Under the pieces are notes generated by a model. That model ran no database searches, was not told the origin of the DNA, and was given only the letters and a program-made list of their open reading frames with translations. A DNA stretch of 64,000 nt from an uncultured Dehalococcoidia bacterium. Its GTDB lineage: Bacteria > Chloroflexota > Dehalococcoidia > Lucifugimonadales > UBA2985. The translations under genes were made by a program, and so were the position numbers. Shown here piece by piece: positions 32,050-42,371 of the stretch (positions within the stretch are counted from its first letter, which is position 1; every line of letters begins with the position of its first letter). The DNA is taken from contig CAZOCC010000028.1 of NCBI GenBank assembly GCA_964578255.1, positions 10,055 through 74,054 on the forward strand. Reading direction: 5' to 3'.

Positions 32050-33951
32050 CTATATCCCTAAAAGCCCAACGGCCCACAGCAAGATTATCAGCACCAAACC
32101 TCCAGTCATAGCAAATGCATAGTTGTATATCTTCCCAGTCTCCAAATACTTAAGCCTAGAGCCGGAGAGAAATACCGAACGACCACTTCCGTTCACTCCA
32201 GTATCATTAATTACCACTCGATCAAACAAAGCAACCAATCTAGCCAATGCTAAGATTACACGATCTATACACCACTGATAAAAGTGATCGATATAATACT
32301 TATTGATAATCAACCTATGCATCTTACCTAAAAGTCCTTCAGTCAAATTCAGAGAAATCACCTTTCTGGAGTAGATAGCCCAAGCTAAGATGAATCCACC
32401 AACTGACAACACAATCGAAATACCCATCACCAACGGATTCAGATGATATGCCTCAGGATGCTCAAAATACAGCCACTGACCAAAGCCATTATATCCGGGT
32501 ATCCAATCTGGACCCAAAAAGCCCGCTATCACGGCTAAAACTGCTAGAAGTATCAATGGGGTAGTCATCATCCAGGGTGATTCGTGTGCATGTTCATTAT
32601 CTTGTTTAAGTTCACCTAACACTACCATGAACAAAAGTCTGGCCATATATAAAGCACTCATCAAGGCTGCCACGAGCGTCAGAATAAACAGAGGAGCAGC
32701 CCATTGTTCATGATGGCTAACCGCAAGCAATATTTCGTCCTTGCTAAAGAATCCACTCAATGGTGGAATGCCCGCAAGGGCCAGTATGCCCAAGGCAAAT
32801 GTGATAGAGGTCACCGGCATGCGTTTCCACAAGCCTCCCATTTCCCTTATGTCACGTTTGTCCCCTGTGCCATGAGCTATACTGCCTGCTCCCAAGAAAA
32901 GGAGTGCCTTGGCGAAGGCATGGGCCACCAGGTGGAATATAGCTGCTGTATATCCGAAACAGCCAAGAGCCAGCATCATAAATCCTAGATGACTGATAGT
33001 AGAATACGCCAAAACGCGCTTTAGATCAGTCACTACCAAAGCCATAGAAGCAGTCAACAAAGCGGTTATCAATCCTGTCAATGCCACTACCAGCATCGCT
33101 GTATCAGACATGACAAACAACGGGAAAATCCGTGCAACCAGGAATACTCCTGCCACTACCATAGTGGCAGCGTGAATAAGTGCACTGACTGGGGTTGGTC
33201 CTTCCATAGCATCCGGAAGCCATACGTGCAATGGGAATTGGGCAGATTTGCCCATAGCTCCCAGGAATATCAGTAATAACGCCCACGTCAAAGTCCCAGA
33301 GCCAATCGCCCCTTGCTCTGCCACATGGAATATGGCCTGGAGATCAAATGTGCCTACCTCATTGAATAGGAGTAATATACCGATCAGCAGTCCCACATCC
33401 CCTACGCGCGTAGTTATAAAAGCCTTTTTAGCAGCCTCTGCCGCAGAACGTCTCTCATACCAAAATCCAATTAGTAAATATGAACACGCACCTACCAACT
33501 CCCATGCTATGTACATTAATAATAAGTTATCCGCTAAGATCAATGTAAGCATGGCGGCAGCGAAAAGTGAATGTACCGCAAAATACCAACCGAATAATTT
33601 ATCACCATGCATGTAGCCAAACGAATACAGCTGTACTAGCATAGCGACAAATGTCACTAGGCCAAGCATGATCAGAGACAACTCGTCAACGATTATACCT
33701 ATAGTGAAGGTGCTCTCTCCCACAGAAAACCACTCCCTAGAGAAGGTCCCTCCTCCTGAAGTTAAGAAATCCGAGAATACATACCAGAATATAACGAAAC
33801 CACCAAATATAGCCAAAAGCGAAATGAATGCCCCTTGCTTTGGTAGGAAACGACCTGCGATCACTATAAGACCAAAAGCACTTGCACATAGCAATGGCGC
33901 CAACCAGGCTACCTGCCATCCTGCATACAGAGAAGTTTCTGTTGAAAGCAT
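32050..33951 (-). CDS. nuoL: NADH-quinone oxidoreductase subunit L
   Basis: WELVG; KSAQFPLHVWLPDAMEGPTPVSALIHAATMV; GFFSKDEIL. Confidence 0.96.
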   Translation of the reverse strand: MLSTETSLYAGWQVAWLAPLLCASAFGLIVIAGRFLPKQGAFISLLAIFGGFVIFWYVFSDFLTSGGGTFSREWFSVGESTFTIGIIVDELSLIMLGLVTFVAMLVQLYSFGYMHGDKLFGWYFAVHSLFAAAMLTLILADNLLLMYIAWELVGACSYLLIGFWYERRSAAEAAKKAFITTRVGDVGLLIGILLLFNEVGTFDLQAIFHVAEQGAIGSGTLTWALLLIFLGAMGKSAQFPLHVWLPDAMEGPTPVSALIHAATMVVAGVFLVARIFPLFVMSDTAMLVVALTGLITALLTASMALVVTDLKRVLAYSTISHLGFMMLALGCFGYTAAIFHLVAHAFAKALLFLGAGSIAHGTGDKRDIREMGGLWKRMPVTSITFALGILALAGIPPLSGFFSKDEILLAVSHHEQWAAPLFILTLVAALMSALYMARLLFMVVLGELKQDNEHAHESPWMMTTPLILLAVLAVIAGFLGPDWIPGYNGFGQWLYFEHPEAYHLNPLVMGISIVLSVGGFILAWAIYSRKVISLNLTEGLLGKMHRLIINKYYIDHFYQWCIDRVILALARLVALFDRVVINDTGVNGSGRSVFLSGSRLKYLETGKIYNYAFAMTGGLVLIILLWAVGLLGI

Positions 33952-33964
33952 TAAGTTTATTCCT

Positions 33965-34270
33965 TCACCATTTCATTAGATCCACTTCATCCAAATCTAC
34001 AGAGCTCCTGTCACGAAACATTCTTAGTATGATCGCCATTGCCAATCCTACTTCGGCTGCAGCCACAGTGATAACGAATATCGCTATTATCTGGCCCAGG
34101 TCCTGTGCCTTGTCACCATATGCCCCAAAAGCTATCAGATTAACATTGACTGCATTGAGCATAAGCTCCAACGATAACAGTACCAGAACCGCGCTACGGC
34201 GAGCCAAAACACCATAAACTCCTATAGAAAACAACGCCGCACTCAGCAATTGAAAATGAATCAGGCTCAC
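33965..34270 (-). CDS. nuoK: NADH-quinone oxidoreductase subunit K
   Basis: SLELMLNAVN; VAAAEVGLA. Confidence 0.95.
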   Translation of the reverse strand: MSLIHFQLLSAALFSIGVYGVLARRSAVLVLLSLELMLNAVNVNLIAFGAYGDKAQDLGQIIAIFVITVAAAEVGLAMAIILRMFRDRSSVDLDEVDLMKW

Positions 34271-34761
34271 TCTTCACCACTTTCTCTAGCAATTACCACC
34301 GCACCGATCAGGGCAACCAACAGCACCAGAGACGCTATCTCGAATGGTATAGCCCATTTTGTGAAAAGGCTGGTTCCTAGTTCAGAAAATGACAATGAGC
34401 TCCGCACATCATAGTTGTTTGAAGAACCACTCAATATACCTGCTACTAAAACACCAAACAGACCAACTGACACAAGGAAGGCTAGTGGTCGCTGTGGGTT
34501 ATCCTTAACCTCTCGCAAGTCTTGCACACGAGTTAACATAATTACAAAAAGGATCACTATTGTAATGGCCCCACCGTATATTAGGATCTGCACCAATGCC
34601 AAAAACTCTGCTAGCAACAGCAAGTATATGCCTGCAATTCCCATAAGTGAGACCAACAATAAAATAGCAGAGTAAATCACATTTTTAGAAGCAACAACTC
34701 CTATCGCACTCACAATGCAGAGTGTCCCGAGCAAAAAGAAAACTATAGAAGACGGATTCAA
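34267..34761 (-). CDS. nuoJ: NADH-quinone oxidoreductase subunit J
   Basis: AEFLALVQILIYGGAI; PFEIASLVLLVALIGA. Confidence 0.94.
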   Translation of the reverse strand: MNPSSIVFFLLGTLCIVSAIGVVASKNVIYSAILLLVSLMGIAGIYLLLLAEFLALVQILIYGGAITIVILFVIMLTRVQDLREVKDNPQRPLAFLVSVGLFGVLVAGILSGSSNNYDVRSSLSFSELGTSLFTKWAIPFEIASLVLLVALIGAVVIARESGEE

Positions 34762-35255
34762 TCTTCCGACTCCTTAGTCTCCTGTTTTTTTGTTTCCTTT
34801 TTGGGCCTCCAATTCATTTCTACTTGATACGACTTGCCCATTTCCAATAATTTCTCAAGATTGGTTCTGTTGCCATTTCTCGAATATTTACTCAATTCAT
34901 GTTCATGGCTCATTTCTATCGCATCAAAATTGCAGACATCTACACATATTCCGCAAACTATGCAGCGGCTAAGATTGATCTCAAAGCTCTCCACTATTTT
35001 GCGACGGCTGCTCTTGCCATCAGCATGAAGGGGATTATCCTTCATTACAGCACTCATACACTGCGTTGGGCAGTAACGCACACAAACCATGCACCCTGTG
35101 CAGTATGGCTCGCCTACCTGATCATCCCAGGTTAGTACAGGAAAGCCCATGTAGCGATTCTCTATTGGCTTGTGCTCAGCTGGGTACTTATACGTTACAG
35201 GTTTCCGGAAGAATGTAGAAAATGTTACAACAAGACCCTTCAAATTACCCAACAT
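34758..35255 (-). CDS. nuoI: NADH-quinone oxidoreductase subunit I (start set at MLGNLKG)
   Basis: Two 4Fe-4S motifs, CTGCMVCVRYCP and CIVCGICVDVCN. Confidence 0.93.
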   Translation of the reverse strand: MLGNLKGLVVTFSTFFRKPVTYKYPAEHKPIENRYMGFPVLTWDDQVGEPYCTGCMVCVRYCPTQCMSAVMKDNPLHADGKSSRRKIVESFEINLSRCIVCGICVDVCNFDAIEMSHEHELSKYSRNGNRTNLEKLLEMGKSYQVEMNWRPKKETKKQETKESED

Positions 35256-36363
35256 TGGACGCCTCCGATCCAGGCACGTATAGTTTAACGGTGTATTCAG
35301 GGGCTGGACTAGTACGCATCCTTCTACTAAGTTCCCAAGACACGGCAGCAATTATCGAGACGGACATTAACGAGAGAGTCCAATCTGGCCAGCCATAGAA
35401 CATGCAAAATGACATAATAACTATATTTACGAACGACAAAGGTACCAATACCTTCCAACCCAAAGACATCAGCTGATCGATCCTAAGGCGAGGATAGGTA
35501 CCCCGTATCCAAAAAATAACCAAGATCACCATATATGTTTTAACGAGAAATACCACAATGCCCAAATAGCCCATATCCTCAGGAATGCCCGGGAAAAGCC
35601 ACCCCCCTAAGAATAAAAGCACCGTTAAAGCCGCTATAGCGAATGTGTTTATATATTCCGCCAGGAAAAATACTGCCCAATGGGCACCGCTATATTCTAC
35701 GAAAGGACCCCCAACCACTTCCGATTCAGCCGGATGTATGTCGAAAGGCGTCCTGCCCAATTCTGCCAATCCGGCAACAAAGAAAAGAACCAGCCCTAGA
35801 GGCTGGATCAACGCGAATGGGACAGATCCTTGCTTATGAACAATCTCTACTAGATTCATAGACTGGGCCCACATGGCAACCCCAAGTAACGCCAAAATAA
35901 GTGGTATTTCATAGCTGATCAGCTGAGCTGCAGCCCTGAAACCACCCATGACAGCATATTTATTCGACGAAGCCCAACCAGCAGCCACCAACCCTACTAT
36001 AGACAACACAGAAAAGGCTATGATATAGAACAGCCCCATGTCCATATTTCTTATAACCAAATCCCTAGTAACAGGTATTGTCACCCATATCATGAAGGAT
36101 GGAACGAAAACTACCAGTGGGGCGAACCAATAAACCACTCGGTCCACCCAAGAAGACATTACGTCTTCCTTAGCCATAAGCTTGACTGCATCTGCTATCG
36201 GCTGAAGGAGCCCAAATGGACCCACATGCATGGGACCCATTCTCATCTGTATACGCCCTAAGAACTTCCGCTCCAGCCAGGTCAACGACAATACAACTAC
36301 TGACAGGGCAGTCAGCAAGCTCAACATTGAACTGATCAATATTACAGTGTCAAGTAAGTTCAA
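35245..36363 (-). CDS. nuoH: NADH-quinone oxidoreductase subunit H
   Basis: ERK..GRIQMRMGP; GLLQPIADAVKL; ISYE; RTPFD..AESE; RLRIDQ. Confidence 0.96.
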   Translation of the reverse strand: MNLLDTVILISSMLSLLTALSVVVLSLTWLERKFLGRIQMRMGPMHVGPFGLLQPIADAVKLMAKEDVMSSWVDRVVYWFAPLVVFVPSFMIWVTIPVTRDLVIRNMDMGLFYIIAFSVLSIVGLVAAGWASSNKYAVMGGFRAAAQLISYEIPLILALLGVAMWAQSMNLVEIVHKQGSVPFALIQPLGLVLFFVAGLAELGRTPFDIHPAESEVVGGPFVEYSGAHWAVFFLAEYINTFAIAALTVLLFLGGWLFPGIPEDMGYLGIVVFLVKTYMVILVIFWIRGTYPRLRIDQLMSLGWKVLVPLSFVNIVIMSFCMFYGWPDWTLSLMSVSIIAAVSWELSRRMRTSPAPEYTVKLYVPGSEASNVG

Positions 36364-37481
36364 CGATCAACCTCTCCCAACACTATATCTAGTGACCCCA
36401 ATATAACAACGGCATCAGCTACATATGTTCCTCTAAGCAGTTCTCGCAGACCCATAAGATTACAGAAAGACGGCGGCCTGACTTTGATCCTGTAAGGCCT
36501 ATCTGCACCATTACTCACTAAGTAAACTCCTATCTCTCCCCTTGGATTTTCTCCCCTTACGTATACCTCACCGGCAGGTGGACGAAGCACCAGTCTGGTT
36601 GGAGTGATAGTAGGGCCATCTGGCATCGTGGCTAATCCTTGCTCAATTATTTTCATAGATTGTCGCATCTCTTCGACACGCACGTAATATCTATCCCAAC
36701 AATCTCCATTTTCTCCCACTGGTATACCGAATTCAAACCTGTCATATATAGAATATGGATCGTCTTTACGGACATCCATTGGTATACCACTTGCCCGTAA
36801 AATCGGGCCACTCATACCAAAATTAATTGCGGTATCGGCATCTATCACACTGATACCTTTGGTTCTAGCTAAAAATATCTCACTGAAACTCAATAGGCGG
36901 TCGGCCTCATCTATGCCTTGCTTGAGTTCACCAAGCAGTGTCCTCATTCTTGTGATGAATTCATCTGGGACATCATTTTTTACTCCGCCTATTCTTATGA
37001 AGTTGTGCATCATCCGAGCGCCAGTAACTGACTCAAACATTGACTGTATCTTTTCCCTGTCCCGAAATGTGTACATTATCGGAGTCATTGCGCCGGCATC
37101 TATGCCAAACGTACCGAAAAATAACAGGTGGCTAGCAATTCTATTTAGCTCACACAATATAACCCTTATATATTCTGCACGTTCTGGAACTTCCAAACCC
37201 ATCAAAGTCTCCACAGCCCTACAAAACACCATCTCATTATTGAGATTGCTTATGTAATCCAATCTGTCAAAAAGAGTGACTATTTGAGCATAGAGTTCCC
37301 CTTCACACAGCTTCTCAGAGCCCCTATGCAAGTATCCAATATGAGGCTCTACATCCACAACTCGTTCACCATCTATAGTAAGCACCATCCGGAACACCCC
37401 ATGTGTGCTAGGGTGTTGAGGACCCATATTCACCAACATGTCAACCATGTCTAGTGGATTCTGCATATTATCCTTTACCAT
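36360..37481 (-). CDS. nuoD: NADH-quinone oxidoreductase subunit D
   Basis: NMGPQHPSTHGVFR; GYLHRG; RLDY; DIVLGEVDR; no NiFe CxxC pairs. Confidence 0.96.
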   Translation of the reverse strand: MVKDNMQNPLDMVDMLVNMGPQHPSTHGVFRMVLTIDGERVVDVEPHIGYLHRGSEKLCEGELYAQIVTLFDRLDYISNLNNEMVFCRAVETLMGLEVPERAEYIRVILCELNRIASHLLFFGTFGIDAGAMTPIMYTFRDREKIQSMFESVTGARMMHNFIRIGGVKNDVPDEFITRMRTLLGELKQGIDEADRLLSFSEIFLARTKGISVIDADTAINFGMSGPILRASGIPMDVRKDDPYSIYDRFEFGIPVGENGDCWDRYYVRVEEMRQSMKIIEQGLATMPDGPTITPTRLVLRPPAGEVYVRGENPRGEIGVYLVSNGADRPYRIKVRPPSFCNLMGLRELLRGTYVADAVVILGSLDIVLGEVDR

Positions 37482-37999
37482 TCCGTATATTCCCGCATAT
37501 CATAATTCCTCCGACCCGGATATCCTTCAAAACCCTCATATAAGAGCAAAGGTGTCATATTCGGGTGTCCATCAAAAAGAACGCCGAAAAGATCGTGGCT
37601 TTCTCGTTCGAACCAATCCGCTCCAGACCACAGGGATGTGACTGAAGATAAATGTGGTTGTTCGGTTTCTACATTTGCCTTCAACGTCATCATGTGATGG
37701 AAAAATGTGCTATAGAGGTGATATACCACCTGCATGTAATCCGAATAATCAACTACACACAAACAAGTCAGGAAGTCAAAACGAAGGGTAGGATCAGTTT
37801 TTAGTAGACGGCATACCGATAATATTTCGTTGCTATCAACAACAACAGAAACCAGATTTACAGTACGGGCAATCTCTGCGTCATGGTCGCTTAAGACGTG
37901 AGGCAATGCGGATTCAAGGGCAAGTCCCTTCGAATCCAGGGAGGTCTCTGCTTGGGGAACTTCCTCCCCTCTATGCCTTTCTGCCACGCTCTCTAGCAT
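37475..37999 (-). CDS. nuoC: NADH-quinone oxidoreductase subunit C
   Basis: [21 protein letters not shown]. Confidence 0.92.
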   Translation of the reverse strand: MLESVAERHRGEEVPQAETSLDSKGLALESALPHVLSDHDAEIARTVNLVSVVVDSNEILSVCRLLKTDPTLRFDFLTCLCVVDYSDYMQVVYHLYSTFFHHMMTLKANVETEQPHLSSVTSLWSGADWFERESHDLFGVLFDGHPNMTPLLLYEGFEGYPGRRNYDMREYTEW

Positions 38000-38492
38000 C
38001 CTGCATGATTTTGTCCTGCAGTTTCAATATGCCATCAATCAAAGCTTCCGGCCTAGGCGGGCATCCCGGAACGTATACATCCACAGGTATTATGTGATCT
38101 ACGCCCATAACCACTGAATATGAACGGTAATAGGGGCCTCCATTGGTTGCACAACTGCCCATCGCTATAACCCATTTGGGTTCGGGCATCTGTTCATGAA
38201 GAATCTTTATGGGCTCTGCCATTTTTTTAACAACAGTGCCAGCCACAATCATCACATCGGATTGTCTAGGAGAAGGCCATGTTACTATACCAAATCTATC
38301 CAGGTCATGATGGGCCATATAGGTACTCATCATTTCTATTGCACAACAAGCCAGCCCAAAAGTCATTGGCCATAATGACGATTTCCGAGCCATCGCTATT
38401 AATTGTTCGGATCTAGCTGTGATTACCCCTGGAGCAGCCTTGTTTAAGATACTACGCGGCTCTAGGTTGCCACTACCCAACTCTAGCTCCAT
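37971..38492 (-). CDS. nuoB: NADH-quinone oxidoreductase subunit B (start set at MELEL, preceded by GGAG)
   Basis: FGLACCAIE; SPRQSD; MGSCA; VPGCPPRPE. Confidence 0.95.
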   Translation of the reverse strand: MELELGSGNLEPRSILNKAAPGVITARSEQLIAMARKSSLWPMTFGLACCAIEMMSTYMAHHDLDRFGIVTWPSPRQSDVMIVAGTVVKKMAEPIKILHEQMPEPKWVIAMGSCATNGGPYYRSYSVVMGVDHIIPVDVYVPGCPPRPEALIDGILKLQDKIMQDARERGRKA

Positions 38493-38854
38493 TTCAGTGC
38501 TCCCTTCCTCCAACTGTATATGATGCCAAAGAACAAAATGCCGATGAATAATAACATCTCATAGAAGACAGCAGAGATGGTTTCCATAAAAACCATCGCC
38601 CATGGAAACAGAAAAACCGCTTCTACGTCAAATATCAAGAACAGGATAGCGAAGACATAGTATCTCATATGCAACTGAGACCAAGAATAAGGGGCCGGGG
38701 GTATACCACATTCGTACGGCATATCCTTGAATGGTGTCTTTTTTTTGGGAGACAAAACGTAAGAGGCGGCAAACATTATCGCCATTCCAACAAAACCAAC
38801 CACCCCTGCTACAAAGACGGGAATGTAATTGTTGGTTAACCCTTCAGGTGTCAA
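38483..38854 (-). CDS. nuoA: NADH-quinone oxidoreductase subunit A (start set at TTG after GGAGG)
   Basis: PYECG; [14 protein letters not shown]; WRKGALKW. Confidence 0.94.
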   Translation of the reverse strand: MTPEGLTNNYIPVFVAGVVGFVGMAIMFAASYVLSPKKKTPFKDMPYECGIPPAPYSWSQLHMRYYVFAILFLIFDVEAVFLFPWAMVFMETISAVFYEMLLFIGILFFGIIYSWRKGALKWS

Positions 38855-38910
38855 ACCTATCCTCCAAGACAACCATCGTAACGATATTAATGGGGTCGGC
38901 TTTTGAGTTC

Positions 38911-38939
38911 AGCATATACTAGGGTGTTACACCTGTCAA
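38911..38939 (-). promoter_or_regulatory. Sigma70-type promoter of the nuo operon with an inverted repeat in the spacer
   Basis: Minus strand TTGACA, 17 bp, TATGCT; GGTGT-n-ACACC at 38923-38933. Confidence 0.65.
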
Positions 38940-39064
38940 ACGTATTTGCGTATGAATAAGTCTTCTGAGTGGACGTCCCGGCTTAAAACCATATTCCCAA
39001 TCGGCACTACTCTCAGACAGACTAACCATCAGTCTTAACAAAGATATCCTTATGCTTTGATCGT

Positions 39065-39093
39065 TTGCCCGGTCCTCACGATGCCTGTATAAT
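39065..39093 (+). promoter_or_regulatory. Promoter of the aldo/keto reductase gene
   Basis: TTGCCC, 17 bp, TATAAT. Confidence 0.55.
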
Positions 39094-39169
39094 GCGCCTG
39101 TCTCCCAATATGCACTTGGCATTCTACTTCAACAGTATATATCGTATTTCTATTTCAAGGAGTAAGTCT

Positions 39170-40114
39170 ATGGAATACAGACAATTAGGTTCATCTGGTT
39201 TACAAGTTTCAACTGTGGGCCTTGGGACTAATAATTTTGGCTTCAGAATGGATGAACCTGACTCGGTCAAGGTTGCACGCTACGCCATTGAACAGGGTAT
39301 CAATTTTCTGGATACTGCGAATAGCTACGGCAGGAATCTGTCTGAGGAACGTATAGGAATTGCACTGAAAGGTATGCGTAAAAACGTTATAATTGCCACA
39401 AAAGTGGCTAATCCCATGGGGGAGGGGCCAAACACCAGCGGTGCTTCTAGGCATCACATAATGGCGCAGGTTGAAGGCAGCCTGAAGGCCCTCCAAACCG
39501 ATTACATCGACCTTTATCAAATTCACAGACCGGATGGCAAGACCCCTATAGAGGAAACCCTTAGGGCGCTGGACGACCTGATTCACCAAGGCAAAGTTCG
39601 CTACATAGGATGTTCTAACTTCAGCGCATGGCAAGTTTGTGAGGCAATTTGGACATCAAGATCTCTAAACTTGGCCTCATTTGTTACAGTTCAACCGGAA
39701 TATAACATGCTGAATCGGTCCGTAGAGTCTGAATTGCTACCCTTCTGTGATGAATATAATGTCGGCGTCTTACCTTTTTATCCATTAGCCAGTGGCTTCC
39801 TCACTGGCAAATATCTACAGGGGGAAGAACCTCCTGAAGGCACTCGACTTGCCGGTAACTCTAGAGCCAGGGGAAATACGCTTACTCCTAGGAATTTCGA
39901 AGTACTGTCACACCTCGCAAAATTCGCTGACGATCGCGGTCATCCATTAGTTGAACTTGCTATTGCGTGGCTCTTAGCCAAACCATCCGTGAGTTCAGTT
40001 ATTGCCGGAGCAACGAAGGAAGAACAAGTTGCAGCAAACGTTAAGGCAGCAGACTGGCAACTGACTCCAGAAGAAATGTCAGAGATCGATCAGCTTTTGC
40101 AACCACCAGACTAA
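39170..40114 (+). CDS. Aldo/keto reductase (Tas/YajO-like); start at MEYRQLG after AAGGAG
   Basis: DTANSY; IATK; DYIDLYQIH; GKVRYIGCSN; PLASGFLTGKY. Confidence 0.94.
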   Translation: MEYRQLGSSGLQVSTVGLGTNNFGFRMDEPDSVKVARYAIEQGINFLDTANSYGRNLSEERIGIALKGMRKNVIIATKVANPMGEGPNTSGASRHHIMAQVEGSLKALQTDYIDLYQIHRPDGKTPIEETLRALDDLIHQGKVRYIGCSNFSAWQVCEAIWTSRSLNLASFVTVQPEYNMLNRSVESELLPFCDEYNVGVLPFYPLASGFLTGKYLQGEEPPEGTRLAGNSRARGNTLTPRNFEVLSHLAKFADDRGHPLVELAIAWLLAKPSVSSVIAGATKEEQVAANVKAADWQLTPEEMSEIDQLLQPPD

Positions 40115-40184
40115 AGCTAAAGGAGCGTACCCAATACCACTCTCTCGGCATTGGCATGTGCTGTGGCGGCGAACACATTACAAC

Positions 40185-40258
40185 TGGCTGCCGAGCCTGG
40201 ATTCGAACCAGGGTAACGTGAGTCAGAGTCACGTGTGATACCGCTACACCACTCGGCA
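40185..40258 (-). tRNA. tRNA-Gln (anticodon CTG), CCA encoded
   Basis: Cloverleaf: acceptor TGCCGAG/CTCGGCA, anticodon stem CGTGA-CTCTGAC-TCACG, T arm CCTGG-TTCGAAT-CCAGG, G73-CCA. Confidence 0.97.
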
Positions 40259-40274
40259 ACCTGTTACTTAGACA

Positions 40275-40303
40275 AGTTTACCCTTGCTGCCACCGCTGGT
40301 CAA
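40275..40303 (-). promoter_or_regulatory. Promoter of tRNA-Gln
   Basis: Minus strand TTGACC, 17 bp, TAAACT, 16 nt upstream of the tRNA. Confidence 0.65.
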
Positions 40304-40691
40304 CAAACTATAATTACTAGAGCACTCCACTATATTGTATGACCCTGGCGACAGTACTTTAGTTTTTGAGTTTTCCAGTCTACACCCAGGCATTCATATG
40401 ACTTCCATTACCAAGGCTGCACGGTTACAATGGGTTGGATACTCACAAACCGTGTTATGATTTGATTTGTAGACATAGAGAAAGAATCGGCCAAGACTTT
40501 ACAGTTTAAAAATAAAGGACAGCCATTTCAAATCACATGGTATTGAACCTTAGTGACAAGAACGAGCACATTATTGTAATGCATGACCAGCACAACAGAT
40601 TGACTTCCCAAAGCAGCAGTCGAGATAAGACTACTCTCCTTCTAGACCGCAAACTCTTTAACGACACTTTATCTAATAACCACCATCAATC

Positions 40692-41264
40692 ATGATTATT
40701 CTCATAGATAACTACGATAGTTTCACCTATAACTTGTACCAATATTTGTGCGAACTGGGAGCGGAAGTGGAAGTTGTCCGGAACGACCAAGCAACTGTAG
40801 AAGAATTGGAGGGCATGTCCCCGGACGGACTTGTGATATCCCCTGGCCCTTGTACTCCCAAAGAAGCAGGGATTTCCAACGACGCCGTTCTGAACTTCCA
40901 AGGTCGCGTTCCTATATTGGGGGTGTGTTTAGGCCACCAGTGTATCGGCTATTCCTACGGAGGAACTGTCGACAAGGCCGGTGAAATAATGCACGGCAAA
41001 ACGTCTTTAATCTACCATGACGGTAAAGGTCTTTTTGACCAATTGCCAAATCCATTCGAAGCCACCAGATATCACTCACTGGCCCTTTATCGAGATGACA
41101 TACCAGATGATCTTGAAATCACTGCATGGACAGATAGCGGATTGATTATGGGAGTGAGGCACAAACAACACAAAATAGAAGGGGTACAATTCCACCCAGA
41201 ATCCATATTGACATTAGCTGGAAAGGATATACTGCGTAATTTTCTTGCAATGAGGTCTCAATAG
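40692..41264 (+). CDS. trpG: Anthranilate/aminodeoxychorismate synthase glutamine amidotransferase component
   Basis: IDNYDSFTYNL; SPGP; GVCLGHQ; RYHSL; GVQFHPES; precedes trpD. Confidence 0.93.
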   Translation: MIILIDNYDSFTYNLYQYLCELGAEVEVVRNDQATVEELEGMSPDGLVISPGPCTPKEAGISNDAVLNFQGRVPILGVCLGHQCIGYSYGGTVDKAGEIMHGKTSLIYHDGKGLFDQLPNPFEATRYHSLALYRDDIPDDLEITAWTDSGLIMGVRHKQHKIEGVQFHPESILTLAGKDILRNFLAMRSQ

Positions 41265-41346
41265 ACATGAGAAGGCTCCCAAGGCGAACCGATATTAGAA
41301 GCGGTGCCAATGAGCCTGAATAGTCAGTTTTTAGGTACTTAAACAT

Positions 41347-42360
41347 ATGATAAGAGAATCCATTCAGAAAGTAGTATCCGGAGAAAACCTGTCTGCTACA
41401 GAAGCTGAAACCGCCATGGAGGAGATAATGGCCGGTGAGGCAACTCCGGCCCAGTTCGGCGCATTTGTAACTGCATTACGCCTCAAAGGCGAAACGTCTC
41501 TAGAAATAGCAGGGATGGCAAAAGTGATGCGCCAAAAAGCGGTCCCAGTAACCTCTGCGGCAAAAGTTGTAGATACATGCGGAACTGGGGGGGACGGCTC
41601 ACAGACCATTAACGTTTCCACCATGGCGGCTTTTGTGGCAGTAGGAGCCGGCCTAACTATTGCCAAACACGGAAATCGGGCAATCACAAGCGCCTGCGGG
41701 AGTGCGGACGTACTGGAAGCGGCTGGAGTCAATATCAACCTCGGACCTGAGGGAGTTCAACAATGTATAGAAAAAGTAGGCATGGGATTCATGTTTGCTC
41801 CCAATTTTCACCCAGCTATGAAATATGCTGGTGGCCCTCGCAGGGAAATTGGTATTAGAACTGTTTTCAATATACTGGGCCCCCTAACCAATCCCGCATC
41901 CGCAAAAAATCAGGTCCTCGGGGTATCAGATCCATCTTTGGGAGAAAAGATGGCCCAGGTATTAATGCATCTGGGCAGTCAACACTCTCTGGTAGTTCAT
42001 GGCGAAGATGGAATGGACGAGATATCAATAACAGCACCAACCCACATCTGGGAACTTCTTGAAGGCTCCATAGTTAACTATGTAATAACTCCTGAGGAAT
42101 TCGGTCTGACTCGTGCGTCCCCAGATTCCGTACGAGGCGGTTCTGCTGAGCAGAATGTCAGTATTATGCAAGACATATTTTCAGGAGCATTGGGGCCGAA
42201 AAGAGATATAGTCCTAATTAATGCTGCCGCCGCCTTGGTCGCTGGAGATGCAGCTAAAGATATACCTACTGGCCTCAGAATGGCAGCCGAGTCAATTGAC
42301 ACGGGTCAAGCATCAACAAAGTTACTGTCTCTATCCCAAATAAGCCAAACTACAGCATAG
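41347..42360 (+). CDS. trpD: Anthranilate phosphoribosyltransferase
   Basis: DTCGTGGDG; KHGNR; GSADVLE; RTVFNILGPLTNP. Confidence 0.97.
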   Translation: MIRESIQKVVSGENLSATEAETAMEEIMAGEATPAQFGAFVTALRLKGETSLEIAGMAKVMRQKAVPVTSAAKVVDTCGTGGDGSQTINVSTMAAFVAVGAGLTIAKHGNRAITSACGSADVLEAAGVNINLGPEGVQQCIEKVGMGFMFAPNFHPAMKYAGGPRREIGIRTVFNILGPLTNPASAKNQVLGVSDPSLGEKMAQVLMHLGSQHSLVVHGEDGMDEISITAPTHIWELLEGSIVNYVITPEEFGLTRASPDSVRGGSAEQNVSIMQDIFSGALGPKRDIVLINAAAALVAGDAAKDIPTGLRMAAESIDTGQASTKLLSLSQISQTTA

Positions 42361-42371
42361 ATAAGATAATC

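Noticed and set aside
36360-38492. NuoB/NuoD as a group 4 NiFe hydrogenase
   Set aside because: NuoD lacks both CxxC nickel-binding motifs and ends in DIVLGEVDR, typical of complex I
40130-40184. CTCGGCA repeat and hairpins downstream of tRNA-Gln as a possible att site
   Set aside because: Only a 7-bp match, with no integrase or foreign genes; more likely terminator or processing hairpins
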